From Planctomycetota bacterium (lineage in GTDB: Bacteria > Planctomycetota > MHYJ01 > WSZJ01): 64,000 nucleotides of DNA. Numbering within the stretch: the first letter of the stretch is position 1; each line of letters starts with the position of its first letter. Below the pieces are notes generated by a model. The model ran no database searches, had not been told where the DNA came from, and was given only the letters and a program-made list of their open reading frames with translations. Shown here piece after piece: positions 40,918 through 50,105 of the stretch. The stretch spans positions 1-64,000 of the forward strand of contig JBBTCT010000015.1 in the NCBI GenBank assembly GCA_038060895.1, given 5' to 3'. The translations under genes and the position numbers were made by a program.

Positions 40918-41440
40918 ACGCTTTTGCCGGAAGCGGCGCATGGGCAGGCTTCGGCCCGCGCCATTGTTCCAGCACGAACCAGGCCGCCCCGACGCAGATG
41001 AATGCGTCCGCGAGGTTGAAAATGGGGAAGTTGAAGCAGTAGAAGTGGATGAAGTCGCGCACGGCACCGCAGGCAATCCGGTCGTGCAGATTCCCGATGG
41101 TCCCTCCCGCGATGAATGCGAGCGCCAGAGTCGTGGGCCACCTTGGCGATTTCTGGCGAAGGAAGCATCCGAAGATCAGCGGCAGGGCCGAGAGCGAAAA
41201 CGAAGCGATGACCCACCTCGCGTTTTTTTCCGAAAGCAGGCTCCACGCGATCCCCGGGTTCAGCGCGGTTTCGAACCGGAGGACGCCGGTGACGATCTCT
41301 TGAGGGTGTCCCGCGGCCGCGGGGCCGAGGCGGGAAAAGGCCTCAGATTTACTCCACAGGTCCAGGGTCGCTGAGAGCAGCACGACAGCGGCGAACGCGA
41401 ACCGCGTCCGTCGGGATCTGTCGGCTGAGTCGTCGCTCAT
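40916..41440 (-). CDS. lspA: Lipoprotein signal peptidase II
   Basis: DLWSK, NPGIAWS, GGTIGNLHDR, VRDFI, FNLAD. Confidence 0.92.
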   Translation of the reverse strand: MSDDSADRSRRTRFAFAAVVLLSATLDLWSKSEAFSRLGPAAAGHPQEIVTGVLRFETALNPGIAWSLLSEKNARWVIASFSLSALPLIFGCFLRQKSPRWPTTLALAFIAGGTIGNLHDRIACGAVRDFIHFYCFNFPIFNLADAFICVGAAWFVLEQWRGPKPAHAPLPAKA

Positions 41441-41648
41441 GACGTTCTCGATCCTTCAAGAGCCGGTCTGGTTGCGATTCGGGCACCCGTGCGGAGAGGT
41501 GGATGCACGGCAGTTCCATTTGAAGATTCCAAAAAAGCCGGCGGATTGTCGCCGCCCGTCCGGATTGGCGAATTTGATTGAATGCAGATCGCGCTCCGGG
41601 TCGTTATGATTAATGGACTTAAGCGACCCTCATTCTCAGGGAGAAACC

Positions 41649-42239
41649 ATGCTGATCGTCATCGCCGTAATCTCCGCGCTCGCCGGCGGAATCCTCTACT
41701 CAAGCCTCTTCGAGTGGACCCTTCACAAGTTCGTCATGCACCGCCCCATCCTCGGGTTCCGCTACCCGTTCAAGGCCCACGCCCTGACGCACCATCGCAT
41801 CTTTTCGTGGGACGCGACGTACTTGCTTCAGCGAGACGAGGACCTGTCGAACGTCACCTTCGCGTGGTGGAACTTCCCGGCGCTCCTCGGGATCAACGCC
41901 GTGTTCGTCGGCGGTGTTGCCCTGGCCATCGCGGGCGGCCTGAACGCCTACTTCTGGACCATCGGGCCCGTCGCGCTCGGCGTCCTCGCCGCCTATTACT
42001 TCACCTACGAATACCTGCACTTCTGCATGCACGTCCGCACCGGCAGGTGGTTCGAGAACACGGCCTGGTTCCGCTTCATCGACGACCATCACCGCATGCA
42101 CCACCGCAACCCGCGCAGCAACCTGAACGTCGTTCTGCCGCTGGCGGACTTCCTGCTCCGGACGAAGGCGCCGGGGCTCGCGCCGGTTTACCGGCTGGCG
42201 GCGGAAGCGCGGCGCGATTCGATCCTGAGCGGGCGGTAG
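41649..42239 (+). CDS. Fatty acid hydroxylase/sterol desaturase-family membrane protein
   Basis: His boxes HKFVMH, HALTHH, HFCMH, HHRMHH. Confidence 0.85.
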   Translation: MLIVIAVISALAGGILYSSLFEWTLHKFVMHRPILGFRYPFKAHALTHHRIFSWDATYLLQRDEDLSNVTFAWWNFPALLGINAVFVGGVALAIAGGLNAYFWTIGPVALGVLAAYYFTYEYLHFCMHVRTGRWFENTAWFRFIDDHHRMHHRNPRSNLNVVLPLADFLLRTKAPGLAPVYRLAAEARRDSILSGR

Positions 42240-42266
42240 CAGCGAGGCCGGGGCTTCCGCGGGCGG

Positions 42267-43358
42267 TCAATCCCCGAACGAGATGCCGAGGTCCCGGGCC
42301 GTTTTCATCGAGTCGCAGTCGAGCGGGACGGCTTTCATCCGCTTCGTGGCTTCCTCCAGGGGAACGTAGCGCACCGAAGGCGGGTCGAGCGCGACCATGA
42401 TCCCGCTGTGGCCCTCCCCGAGCGCGCGGATGGCGGCGGCGCCGAAACGAAGCGCGATCAGGCGGTCGAAGGTCGTCGGCGTGCCGCCGCGGAGGAGGTG
42501 GCCCAGCACCACGACGCGCGTCTCCTTGCCGGTGAGGGCCTGAATCTCGGCCCCGATCTTCTCCCCGACTCCGCCGAGGCGCTCGGCGCGGCCGGCCTCT
42601 TTCGAAATCACGGAGAGGTCCCCGCCCTTCGGTTTGGCCCCCTCGGCAACCACCACGATGGAAAACGTATGCCCGGACTTCTCGCGATCGAGGATTTTCT
42701 CAGCGACCTTGTGCAGGTCATACGGGATCTCCGGGATCAGGATGGCATCGACGGTGCTCGAGATGCCCGTGTTGAGCGCGATCCACCCTGCATACCGCCC
42801 CATGACCTCGACGACCATGACCCGCCGGTGCGCCGCGGCGGTGGAGTGCAGCCGGTCCACGCATTCCGTCGCGAAGGAAACGGCCGTGTCGAACCCGAAC
42901 GTGATCACCGTTCCTTCCAGGTCGTTGTCGATCGTCTTCGGCACCCCGATCACGCGCACCCCCTTCTTCGAGAGGTGATTCGCGATCGTCAGCGACCCGT
43001 CCCCACCGATCGAAATCAGCGCGTCGAACCCGTGGCTGCGAAGCGCCCGCACCAGCTCGTCCGTCCGGTCGAGCTCCACCACCGTCCCGTCGGCGATTTT
43101 CGTGGGGTACTTCATCGGATTCCCGCGGTTCGTCGTCCCGATAATCGTCCCGCCGAGGTGCGTGATCCCACGGACGCGCTCGCGCGTCAGCGGTATCAGC
43201 CCTTCGCCGTGATAACGCTCGGGAAACAACAGTCCGTCGAATCCTTCACGGATCCCCCACGCTTCCCATCCGCGCTGAATCGCCGCCACCACCGCCGCGC
43301 GGATCACCGCGTTGAGCCCAGGCGCGTCGCCGCCTCCGGTTGAGATTGCGATTTTCAT
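42267..43358 (-). CDS. pfkA: 6-phosphofructokinase
   Basis: TGGGDAPGLN, GGDGS, PKTIDND, VEVMGR, GHLLRGG. Confidence 0.93.
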   Translation of the reverse strand: MKIAISTGGGDAPGLNAVIRAAVVAAIQRGWEAWGIREGFDGLLFPERYHGEGLIPLTRERVRGITHLGGTIIGTTNRGNPMKYPTKIADGTVVELDRTDELVRALRSHGFDALISIGGDGSLTIANHLSKKGVRVIGVPKTIDNDLEGTVITFGFDTAVSFATECVDRLHSTAAAHRRVMVVEVMGRYAGWIALNTGISSTVDAILIPEIPYDLHKVAEKILDREKSGHTFSIVVVAEGAKPKGGDLSVISKEAGRAERLGGVGEKIGAEIQALTGKETRVVVLGHLLRGGTPTTFDRLIALRFGAAAIRALGEGHSGIMVALDPPSVRYVPLEEATKRMKAVPLDCDSMKTARDLGISFGD

Positions 43359-43482
43359 GCTTTCTCCCTTACTTCCCGGTGAATCGGGCTGCGAACCCGG
43401 CGGGGTCGAACGTTTCGACTCGGCCACTCGAGAAGAGGATGCAGCGCTTCCCATCCGAGCCGCACTCGGAGCAGAACATCGG

Positions 43483-43743
43483 CTAGGACGGCTCCACGGT
43501 CTTGACGGCCTCCTGCAGCGCCGCCATCGCCTTCTCAGACCCGCCGGCCTCCGCGACGATCGAGCGGAACACTTCCCGCAACGCCTCCGCGCCCAGCACC
43601 GTGTCGTTGAGGAGCCGGTAAAGCGAAGCGTTCTCAAGCGGCACCGCGTAGAAGATGTCCTCGTACTGGGCCTTGTCCAGGACGAGCCGGTGCGCCCCGT
43701 GGACGATGGCGAAGCGGCCTTCCGCCGTTTTTTCTATGTTCAT
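43483..43743 (-). CDS. Small hypothetical protein
   Basis: 86-aa ORF with AAGGA SD and gene-like codons. Confidence 0.6.
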   Translation of the reverse strand: MNIEKTAEGRFAIVHGAHRLVLDKAQYEDIFYAVPLENASLYRLLNDTVLGAEALREVFRSIVAEAGGSEKAMAALQEAVKTVEPS

Positions 43744-43934
43744 CTCGTTTCCTTCATCGCCGGTCGAAGTGGCGGGTCCGGATCTTACCACTTGCCCTGC
43801 CGTGGGAAGGGGCCGCGACGTTCGCGATAAAACAGGGCTGTAATTCCTTGTTGGGCAGATTCGGGCGCCGATATCCTCCCTGCGACGGGAATTGCTTCAG
43901 TCGTCCACCTGAGCCTCACTTGGGAGATCGGTCG

Positions 43935-44237
43935 ATGAGAACCTGTCTTGTCCTCGCAGCCTTTGCATTCCTGTTCGCGACAGGCTGCTCCACGACGGTC
44001 GTGGAAAACGACGGCGACGAAGTTGAAGAGAACGACGGAGAAGCGCACGACGCGGACAGCGGTGATGTGTGGGACGGGACGCGCTGGGTCGTCATCGGCG
44101 GCGGGCACCGCCATCACAACGGCTGCGGCCATCACTTCCATCACGGCGTCTGGAATCACCATCCTGCGAACCACGTGTTCGTCGGCAATCACCACCATTT
44201 CAGAGTCCGGGTCGTCCACCGCAGGCGGAGGCACTAG
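43935..44237 (+). CDS. Small acidic/His-rich lipoprotein
   Basis: GGAG SD; lipobox FATGC; HRHHNGCGHHFHH tract. Confidence 0.72.
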   Translation: MRTCLVLAAFAFLFATGCSTTVVENDGDEVEENDGEAHDADSGDVWDGTRWVVIGGGHRHHNGCGHHFHHGVWNHHPANHVFVGNHHHFRVRVVHRRRRH

Positions 44238-44304
44238 AGCCTGCGGGCGCTGAGTTGAACCTCCGGCGGGCGGCGCGACGTGGCGCCGTCCGTCGAGGAG
44301 CGCC

Positions 44305-46290
44305 TCAGGATTCGCATCGTCCCCCGAGGATTTCCGCGAGGAATTTCTCGGCGCGGCGGTAGAAATCGAGCCGGTTCGCCGGCCGCGCGAACCCGTGGCC
44401 CTCGTTTTCATAGACCGCGTACTCGACCTTGAGACCCTTTGATTCCATCGCCTTGACGAACTGGTCGCTTTCGGCCCGTTTGACCCGGGGATCGTTCGCA
44501 CCCTGCGCGATCAGCATCGGGGAGCGGACGTTCTGCACATGGAAGAGCGGGCTGCGTCCCCGCAGGAATTCAATTTCAGCCTTCTCTTCGACCGTCTGGT
44601 CGGCCGGGTCCTTGGGCTGGCCCGCGCGCTTGCCGCCGTCGTAGCGGGGAATGCGCCCGACCCTGTCGTCAAGCTGGCGCCGGGCGCTCGTCCAGTACGG
44701 CGGGATCGTGTTGAGAAACGTCTCCAGGCTGCTCGGGCCGACGAGGCTGACGCCACCGGCGTACAGCTCCGGAGTGAAGGTCATGCCGCAGAGCGTGGCG
44801 AACCCACCGTAACTCCCGCCGTAGATGACGACACGCGCCGGATCCGCGACGCCCTGCCGGACGGCCCAGGCCACGGCGTCGCTCAAGTCGTTGAGCATCG
44901 CCCCGCCCCACTCCCGGTCCCCGGCGTTCAGAAACGCCTTGCCGTAGCTCGTGCTCCCCCGGTAGTTGACCTGCAGGCACGCGTATCCCCGGTTGGCCAG
45001 CCACTGCGCTTCCGCGTGATACCCCCAGCTGTCCCGAGTCCACGGCCCCCCGTGGACGTTGAGGACCATCGGGCCCGGCCCTTGCCAGTCGTTGGGAAGC
45101 GTGAGGTAGCCGTGCACGAGAAGGCCGTCGCGCGAATCGAATCGCACGGGGGTCATGGAAGCGAGCGAGTAGTCGAGAAGTTCGGGGCGGTGATGGAAGA
45201 GGAGGCGGGCTTCTGCCTTGTCGCGATCGTAGTCGTACCAGGCCATGGGTCCGTCGTCCGCCGCGAATTCGACGAGCCAGCGGCGGTTGTCGAGAGTGCG
45301 GCTGATCACCCCCATGTTGCCGCGAGCGACGTCGCGGAGCCGCGCGAAGTCGGCTGCGACGGCCGGGTCGATGACCTCCCAGTCCAACCGCTCGCGATTG
45401 AATGCCACGGCCTCGATGGTGTGCGCGGTCGGGTGCCGCTGAGCGCCGTAGAGATCCCACGCCGGATCGGCCGCCATGACTCGGGACTCCCCGCCGGACA
45501 GCCGGATTTCGACCAGCGCCGCCGTGTTGCGCCCACGGCTGTCCCGCAGAAGCAGGCCTTCGTTGTCGGGAGTGAATCCGATCACGCCGCTCGTGAAGAA
45601 GTCCTCGGCCGAAAGACGGAACAACTCGCGAAGCAGGCCACCCCCGGCGTCGCGGACCAGCACGGCGCCTCCGCCATCGGGCAACGCCTCGATGCGCCCC
45701 CGCACGCGCAGGTCGTTGTCGATCAGCCACACCAGGAGAAGCGGGCCAGCCTCTTCGACGAGTTCGAGCGAACCCGTCCGGACGTTCAGCCGCCACGCGT
45801 CGTGCTGGCGAACGTCGCGGCGGTTCAGCCCGATCATCACTTCGTCGGGCCGCCTCGGGCGCGCGGCCAGGATCCGCGCCTGGATCTTGTGCCCGGCTTC
45901 CCTGTCGTCCGGCGTCAGCGCCCGCGTCTCGCCGCCGGCAATATCCACTGCGAACAGGCGATGGTTCTCGTCGCCATCGCGGTCCTGCGTGTAGAGGACC
46001 TGCGCTCCGTTGAACGCCCACGAGTAGTTGAAAACGCCGCGCCCGCGATCCGCCGTCAGCGGCCGGTCGTCCTGGGCCCCCACCGTCCGCATCCAGAGAT
46101 TGAGCACTCCGTCCGAAGGCGCGACCCACGTGAGGTAACGCCCGTCCGGCGACAGGCTCGGCGAAGCATTCCGCGCGTTGCCGAAGAGCACGGTTCGCGG
46201 AATGAGCGAACTGCTGTTCTTCGTGGCGGGGAGTCCGGGCGCAGGAGAGGGGCTCACGGACACGCATCCTAACGATTCCGGAAGCGGCAT
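44305..46290 (-). CDS. S9-family (prolyl oligopeptidase/acylaminoacyl) peptidase
   Basis: VHGGPW, NYRGS, GGSYGG, GANDPRV, EGHGF; start uncertain. Confidence 0.93.
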   Translation of the reverse strand: MPLPESLGCVSVSPSPAPGLPATKNSSSLIPRTVLFGNARNASPSLSPDGRYLTWVAPSDGVLNLWMRTVGAQDDRPLTADRGRGVFNYSWAFNGAQVLYTQDRDGDENHRLFAVDIAGGETRALTPDDREAGHKIQARILAARPRRPDEVMIGLNRRDVRQHDAWRLNVRTGSLELVEEAGPLLLVWLIDNDLRVRGRIEALPDGGGAVLVRDAGGGLLRELFRLSAEDFFTSGVIGFTPDNEGLLLRDSRGRNTAALVEIRLSGGESRVMAADPAWDLYGAQRHPTAHTIEAVAFNRERLDWEVIDPAVAADFARLRDVARGNMGVISRTLDNRRWLVEFAADDGPMAWYDYDRDKAEARLLFHHRPELLDYSLASMTPVRFDSRDGLLVHGYLTLPNDWQGPGPMVLNVHGGPWTRDSWGYHAEAQWLANRGYACLQVNYRGSTSYGKAFLNAGDREWGGAMLNDLSDAVAWAVRQGVADPARVVIYGGSYGGFATLCGMTFTPELYAGGVSLVGPSSLETFLNTIPPYWTSARRQLDDRVGRIPRYDGGKRAGQPKDPADQTVEEKAEIEFLRGRSPLFHVQNVRSPMLIAQGANDPRVKRAESDQFVKAMESKGLKVEYAVYENEGHGFARPANRLDFYRRAEKFLAEILGGRCES

Positions 46291-46294
46291 CCGG

Positions 46295-46852
46295 CTATTC
46301 CTTCGGTCCACGGAGCCCCATGAACGCGAACGCAAGGGTCAGCGGGATGGCCAGAGCCAGGAAGAACGCGTTCCACCGCGGCCCGTCAAACTCGGTCATC
46401 GCTTCGACGAGCAACTGGATTTCGCCCGTGAGCACCCACGCCACCGCCTGCGCGTACAGGATCAGGCCGACGCCGCCCGCGGTCGCGGCAGTCATCACGA
46501 CGCCCATCGACATGAGAATGACGCACAGGACGAAGCAGCCGCCGGCCAGTGCGAGCACGATGAGAGAAGCGACAAGCGTCTTCGGGCGGAACAGGCCAGG
46601 AAAGCGCGCGGCGAAGCGTTCCAGGCGCGTTTCGGGCTCCTGTTCGGCTTCAGCGGCGGCCGGCGTCGGCGGCGCGACGTTCTCTCCGGTCTGCAGATTC
46701 AGCCCGCAGCGAACGCACAACACGGTGTCCGCAGGCCAGTTCACCGCGCAATTCGGGCATAGAACCGGCCCGGCGGCGGCTCGGCCGCCGACGCTTCCAG
46801 CGTTTTCGGCGGGCGGGAGGAGCGGAGCCGGCTCGACTGGATCCATGACCAT
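46295..46852 (-). CDS. Zinc-ribbon-containing membrane protein
   Basis: CPNC...CVRCG followed by 3 TM segments. Confidence 0.68.
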   Translation of the reverse strand: MVMDPVEPAPLLPPAENAGSVGGRAAAGPVLCPNCAVNWPADTVLCVRCGLNLQTGENVAPPTPAAAEAEQEPETRLERFAARFPGLFRPKTLVASLIVLALAGGCFVLCVILMSMGVVMTAATAGGVGLILYAQAVAWVLTGEIQLLVEAMTEFDGPRWNAFFLALAIPLTLAFAFMGLRGPKE

Positions 46853-46919
46853 CCCCGACTGAAAGTGACTCCTGCCTGTATCCCGGATTTGCGGCTTGTC
46901 TTGAGGATTGAACCGGAAT

Positions 46920-47351
46920 CTAGCGAAGGTGCTTCCAGCGTTCCTTCACGCGCAGCCGGGAATTGCCAGCTGGGACAGCCGGCATTTGCGCAACCGGGTT
47001 CAGCGACAGCTTCGCGGCGCGGGCGGCTTGAAGCGCTTCGAGCAGTTCCGGCAGGCCGCGTTCCCACCGCCGCCCGAGCGGGATCTCGATCAGCCAACCG
47101 GCCCGTTCCGCCCGCCGGACCGTGTCCGCGGCGACGGCCCAGACGCCTTCCCCGGGAGCGCGAGTTCCCTTCCACTCCGGATCGACGATGAACGCCATCC
47201 ACGCTTTCGTGTTCGAGGGAGGCGACACCGAACGAAGCGCCCACATTTCGTCAAACCAGTCTTCCCGTCCGTGCTCGACGAACTCCCGGCGCCACCCGTT
47301 CGACGCGAGCGACTTGAGAATCCTGACTTCCATCTGCCGGCGGGTGCCCAC
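46920..47351 (-). CDS. Hypothetical Trp-rich protein
   Basis: AAGGAGG SD upstream of GTG. Confidence 0.55.
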   Translation of the reverse strand: MGTRRQMEVRILKSLASNGWRREFVEHGREDWFDEMWALRSVSPPSNTKAWMAFIVDPEWKGTRAPGEGVWAVAADTVRRAERAGWLIEIPLGRRWERGLPELLEALQAARAAKLSLNPVAQMPAVPAGNSRLRVKERWKHLR

Positions 47352-47378
47352 GGGGTTCCTCCTTGAACTGAAGCGAGT

Positions 47379-48173
47379 CTACTCCAGCCGGAACCGTGCG
47401 GCGATGCGATCCACGACGTCGTCGCTCGCTTCCTCGTCCCAGTTGAAGTAGTACTCGTCCGAGACGAAGTCGCCGGGGACGCCGGCCTTCGCCAACGCTG
47501 CTTCCATTTCGACAAGCATCGCGCCGTTGCCGACGAGGTGGAAGTGCGTCTCGCGCGGACGGTGAATCAGCGGCGGCACGCTCTCCCCGAGGCGGCCGCG
47601 GAGCCCGGTCCAGGCTGATTCGGGGCGCGACAGGGTCGGCGCCCACTTGAAGTTGGAGTACGCGGCCGACAGCGCGTCGAGTTCCGCGCGAGGGCCGACG
47701 TCCTGCTCCTCGCGGAAGCCCACGAAAAGCGACAGCGGCCGCATTTCGAGGCCGTTCTCGAGCACGTACCGGAAGTACCCGAAGAGCGGTCCGACGCCCG
47801 TGCCGGTCGCCAGCCCGACCACCTGCCGTGCCCGGGAATTGACTTCGCGCCGGATCGGGTTGTGGTGGACGCCCGAGAATTCGACGAAACCGTCGGGGCC
47901 AAGCGCGGCGAGCCGGGGCGTCATGCGTCCCGTCGGGATCACGCGGTAAATGACGCTGAACGTCCGCGCCGACGCGTCGGCCCACGTCACCGTGTAGGCG
48001 TGCTTCAGCGCCGTACCGCCCTCGCCAATCCTGAGGGCCAGCACGTTCCCCGGCTCGTACGGGACCGGGTGCTCATCCTCCGCCCGGAGCGTGATCCAGC
48101 GCGAGCCCCGGGCGAACTCCCGGTTCGAGAGGACGGTCGCACGGCGCCACAGATTGGTCCAGTCGTTCGGCAT
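47379..48173 (-). CDS. FNR-like FAD/NAD(P)-binding oxidoreductase
   Basis: YEPGN, HAYT, GRMT, ATGTGVGP, LVGNGAM. Confidence 0.85.
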   Translation of the reverse strand: MPNDWTNLWRRATVLSNREFARGSRWITLRAEDEHPVPYEPGNVLALRIGEGGTALKHAYTVTWADASARTFSVIYRVIPTGRMTPRLAALGPDGFVEFSGVHHNPIRREVNSRARQVVGLATGTGVGPLFGYFRYVLENGLEMRPLSLFVGFREEQDVGPRAELDALSAAYSNFKWAPTLSRPESAWTGLRGRLGESVPPLIHRPRETHFHLVGNGAMLVEMEAALAKAGVPGDFVSDEYYFNWDEEASDDVVDRIAARFRLE

Positions 48174-48194
48174 GCCGGGAATGAAGTCTACGCT

Positions 48195-48791
48195 CTACCC
48201 CAGCAGGGCCTCCAGTTCCCGTTTTGCGTCCTCCATGGTCGGGTCGAGTCGGAGCGCTTCCTGAAAATCCTTTACCGCCCCGGCGAGGTCCCCCTGATAG
48301 GAGCGGACGAGCCCGCAGTGGAACCGGGGACGCGCGTAGAGGGGAGACAGCAGGATCGCTTCGTCGAAAGCCTGAAGCGCGCCGATGAAATCGCGGTATC
48401 TCAGGAGCTGGAGCCCGCGATTGTTCCAGGCTGCGGAGTTGTCGCCGGACGCGTCGAGGGCGGCAAGGATGTCTCCGAGGGCGCCTTCCTCGTCGCCGCT
48501 CAACTCGCGCGCGACGCCGCGGTTGTTCCAGGCCGGTGAGTAGGTGGGAAGGAGATCGATCGCCTTCGTAAACTCCGCGATGCTGGCGGCCCATTCACCC
48601 CGGCGGAGGCTCTCGACGCCTGCGTTGAAATGACGTCCCGCCGGCCCGATGTTCTTCGACTCGGCGTCGTTGGCGTCCAGGGACGATTCCTCCCGCTCCA
48701 GGGGAGTCTCGGTGAAGCGCTTCAGGATGGGCGGGGTCTTTGTCGAGAGTTCCTGCCCTTCGGGCACAACGACGATCGGTTCCGTTTCCAT
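48195..48791 (-). CDS. TPR-repeat protein
   Basis: AWNNRG repeats; GAGGGAG SD before ATG 48791. Confidence 0.85.
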   Translation of the reverse strand: METEPIVVVPEGQELSTKTPPILKRFTETPLEREESSLDANDAESKNIGPAGRHFNAGVESLRRGEWAASIAEFTKAIDLLPTYSPAWNNRGVARELSGDEEGALGDILAALDASGDNSAAWNNRGLQLLRYRDFIGALQAFDEAILLSPLYARPRFHCGLVRSYQGDLAGAVKDFQEALRLDPTMEDAKRELEALLG

Positions 48792-49032
48792 GTCGGTCTC
48801 CCTCAGTTTCATGGAAAGGCGGTAAGCAATCGAGGTGCCCCGGACGCGCGGGACTTCCCGGTTTCGACACTAGGGGAAAGGCCGGGGTAACGCGACCGGC
48901 AGCCGGGGGAAGAGCCGCAAGCGCCCCAATCCGGGGCTCCGCTTCGAGATTCCACGCCTCCCCACGGGAAATTCTTACGGCGGCTCGCGGGTCAATTTGA
49001 CGCGGGGCAGCTTTCGGGAGGATCATTTCGAC

Positions 49033-49067
49033 CCGGCACGGCCCCGGTTTCCCGGAAGCCATGCCGG
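49033..49067 (-). promoter_or_regulatory. Long GAAA-tetraloop hairpin just downstream of the SEC-C gene
   Basis: Minus strand CCGGCATGGCTTCCGG-GAAA-CCGGGGCCGTGCCGG. Confidence 0.6.
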
Positions 49068-49078
49068 CCACGAAGTCG

Positions 49079-49327
49079 CTACTCCCTGAAAAAAGTGGTT
49101 CCGCAGCTCGCCATCGAAGCGGCCGGAGGGCATGCAGCACTTCTTGAAAACGCCTCCCGGACCCGCAGGGGCAGAGGTCGTTCCTGCCCAGTTTCTCGAA
49201 GAGCTCCTTGTCGCCGTGCACGACGCGGCGGCCCTTCTTCACGTGGGTCTCGGAAGGGAAGCCTCGGCGGCGCTTACTGGTCGGCTTGCGGAAAGCAGCG
49301 TTCGTCGTCGTTGGGGATGAGTGCCAT
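49079..49327 (-). CDS. Small SEC-C zinc-motif protein requiring +1 frameshifts at TTT-C sites
   Basis: AGAGGAGG SD + ATG 49327; [14 protein letters not shown] and KKCC lie in different frames joined at TTT-C. Confidence 0.75.
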
Positions 49328-49423
49328 ACGGACCTCCTCTCAAAAGGAAAGGCGCGTCAAGCGCGGCGTCTTGATCGTGATTCCCGTCGAAAGGTTCAGG
49401 GATGGCGGCGGGGCAGCCCGGAA

Positions 49424-49720
49424 TCAGAGAAGCATGAGTTCGACGCCGTCGTCCGCTTCGCCGCCGCCGACTCCGTGCGCGCGGATGATCTCCACGATCG
49501 TCTCGAACCTGGGGAGCGTCCGCCGCGAACGGCCCGAGTGCGTCCATCGCAGGACGAATCCGCCCTTGGGCGTGCCGAAACCCCCGCGCAGGATGTCGTT
49601 GAACGCGTCGAGGTTGCGGCCCCACTTTGCGCCGGGGATGAGCACCCGGGAGATTTCGTCGTAGAACTCCTCAAGAGTTCCGAAGCGAGTGCCGTCGAAT
49701 TCCAGAACGGGTTTTGCCAT
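49424..49720 (-). CDS. Barstar-family (barnase inhibitor) protein
   Basis: FDGTRFGTLEEFY...WGRNLDAFNDIL. Confidence 0.88.
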   Translation of the reverse strand: MAKPVLEFDGTRFGTLEEFYDEISRVLIPGAKWGRNLDAFNDILRGGFGTPKGGFVLRWTHSGRSRRTLPRFETIVEIIRAHGVGGGEADDGVELMLL

Positions 49721-49800
49721 GGGGTGAGGAGAAGATATCACGGCCTCGAGATCAACGTCGTTTTGGGTCCCGTCGCCACGCAAGGTGTCCGCAAGCGGTC

Positions 49801-49831
49801 TGTATCCAAATGTGTATATAATTCTGTATAC
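49801..49831 (+). promoter_or_regulatory. TA promoter/operator: TATAAT overlapped by three TGTAT repeats
   Basis: TGTAT at 49801, 49813, 49825; TATAAT at 49817-49822. Confidence 0.6.
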
Positions 49832-49859
49832 TTGCCAGTGACACCTGAAGGAGGAGTTC

Positions 49860-50105
49860 ATGAGCTTGACCGTCCGCATCCATTCGACAACTCACATCGC
49901 GCTCAAGGGTCTCTCGAAGGCAACCGGCAAGTCCATGCAGGATGTCCTGTCGCTGGCCATTGATGAATTTCGTCGGAAGTGGATGCTGGCGGCGACGGCG
50001 GAAGCCTTGAGTGAGTTGCGAAAGGACCCCAAGGCCTGGAATCAACTGATGGCGGAGCAGAAAGTGTGGGAGGGAACTCTCGCCGACGGACTTGAGCGGG
50101 AATGA
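49860..50105 (+). CDS. Antitoxin, ribbon-helix-helix-like
   Basis: TVRI...LKGLS...SMQDVL; C-terminal WEGTLADGLE; ATGA overlap with the toxin. Confidence 0.78.
   Translation: MSLTVRIHSTTHIALKGLSKATGKSMQDVLSLAIDEFRRKWMLAATAEALSELRKDPKAWNQLMAEQKVWEGTLADGLERE

Noticed and set aside
48850-48900. tmRNA 5' end (ggtttcgac)
   Set aside because: No GGGG acceptor stem, tag reading frame or T-arm/CCA end recognisable.
49020-49070. HDV-like ribozyme (minus strand begins GGCCGGCATGG)
   Set aside because: The match stops there; the sequence folds as a simple hairpin with no nested pseudoknot elements.
48595-49242. 215-aa ORF taken as the real SEC-C protein
   Set aside because: The SEC-C motif loses KKCC at residue 32, the tail is low-quality and overlaps the TPR gene, and there is no SD at the GTG.
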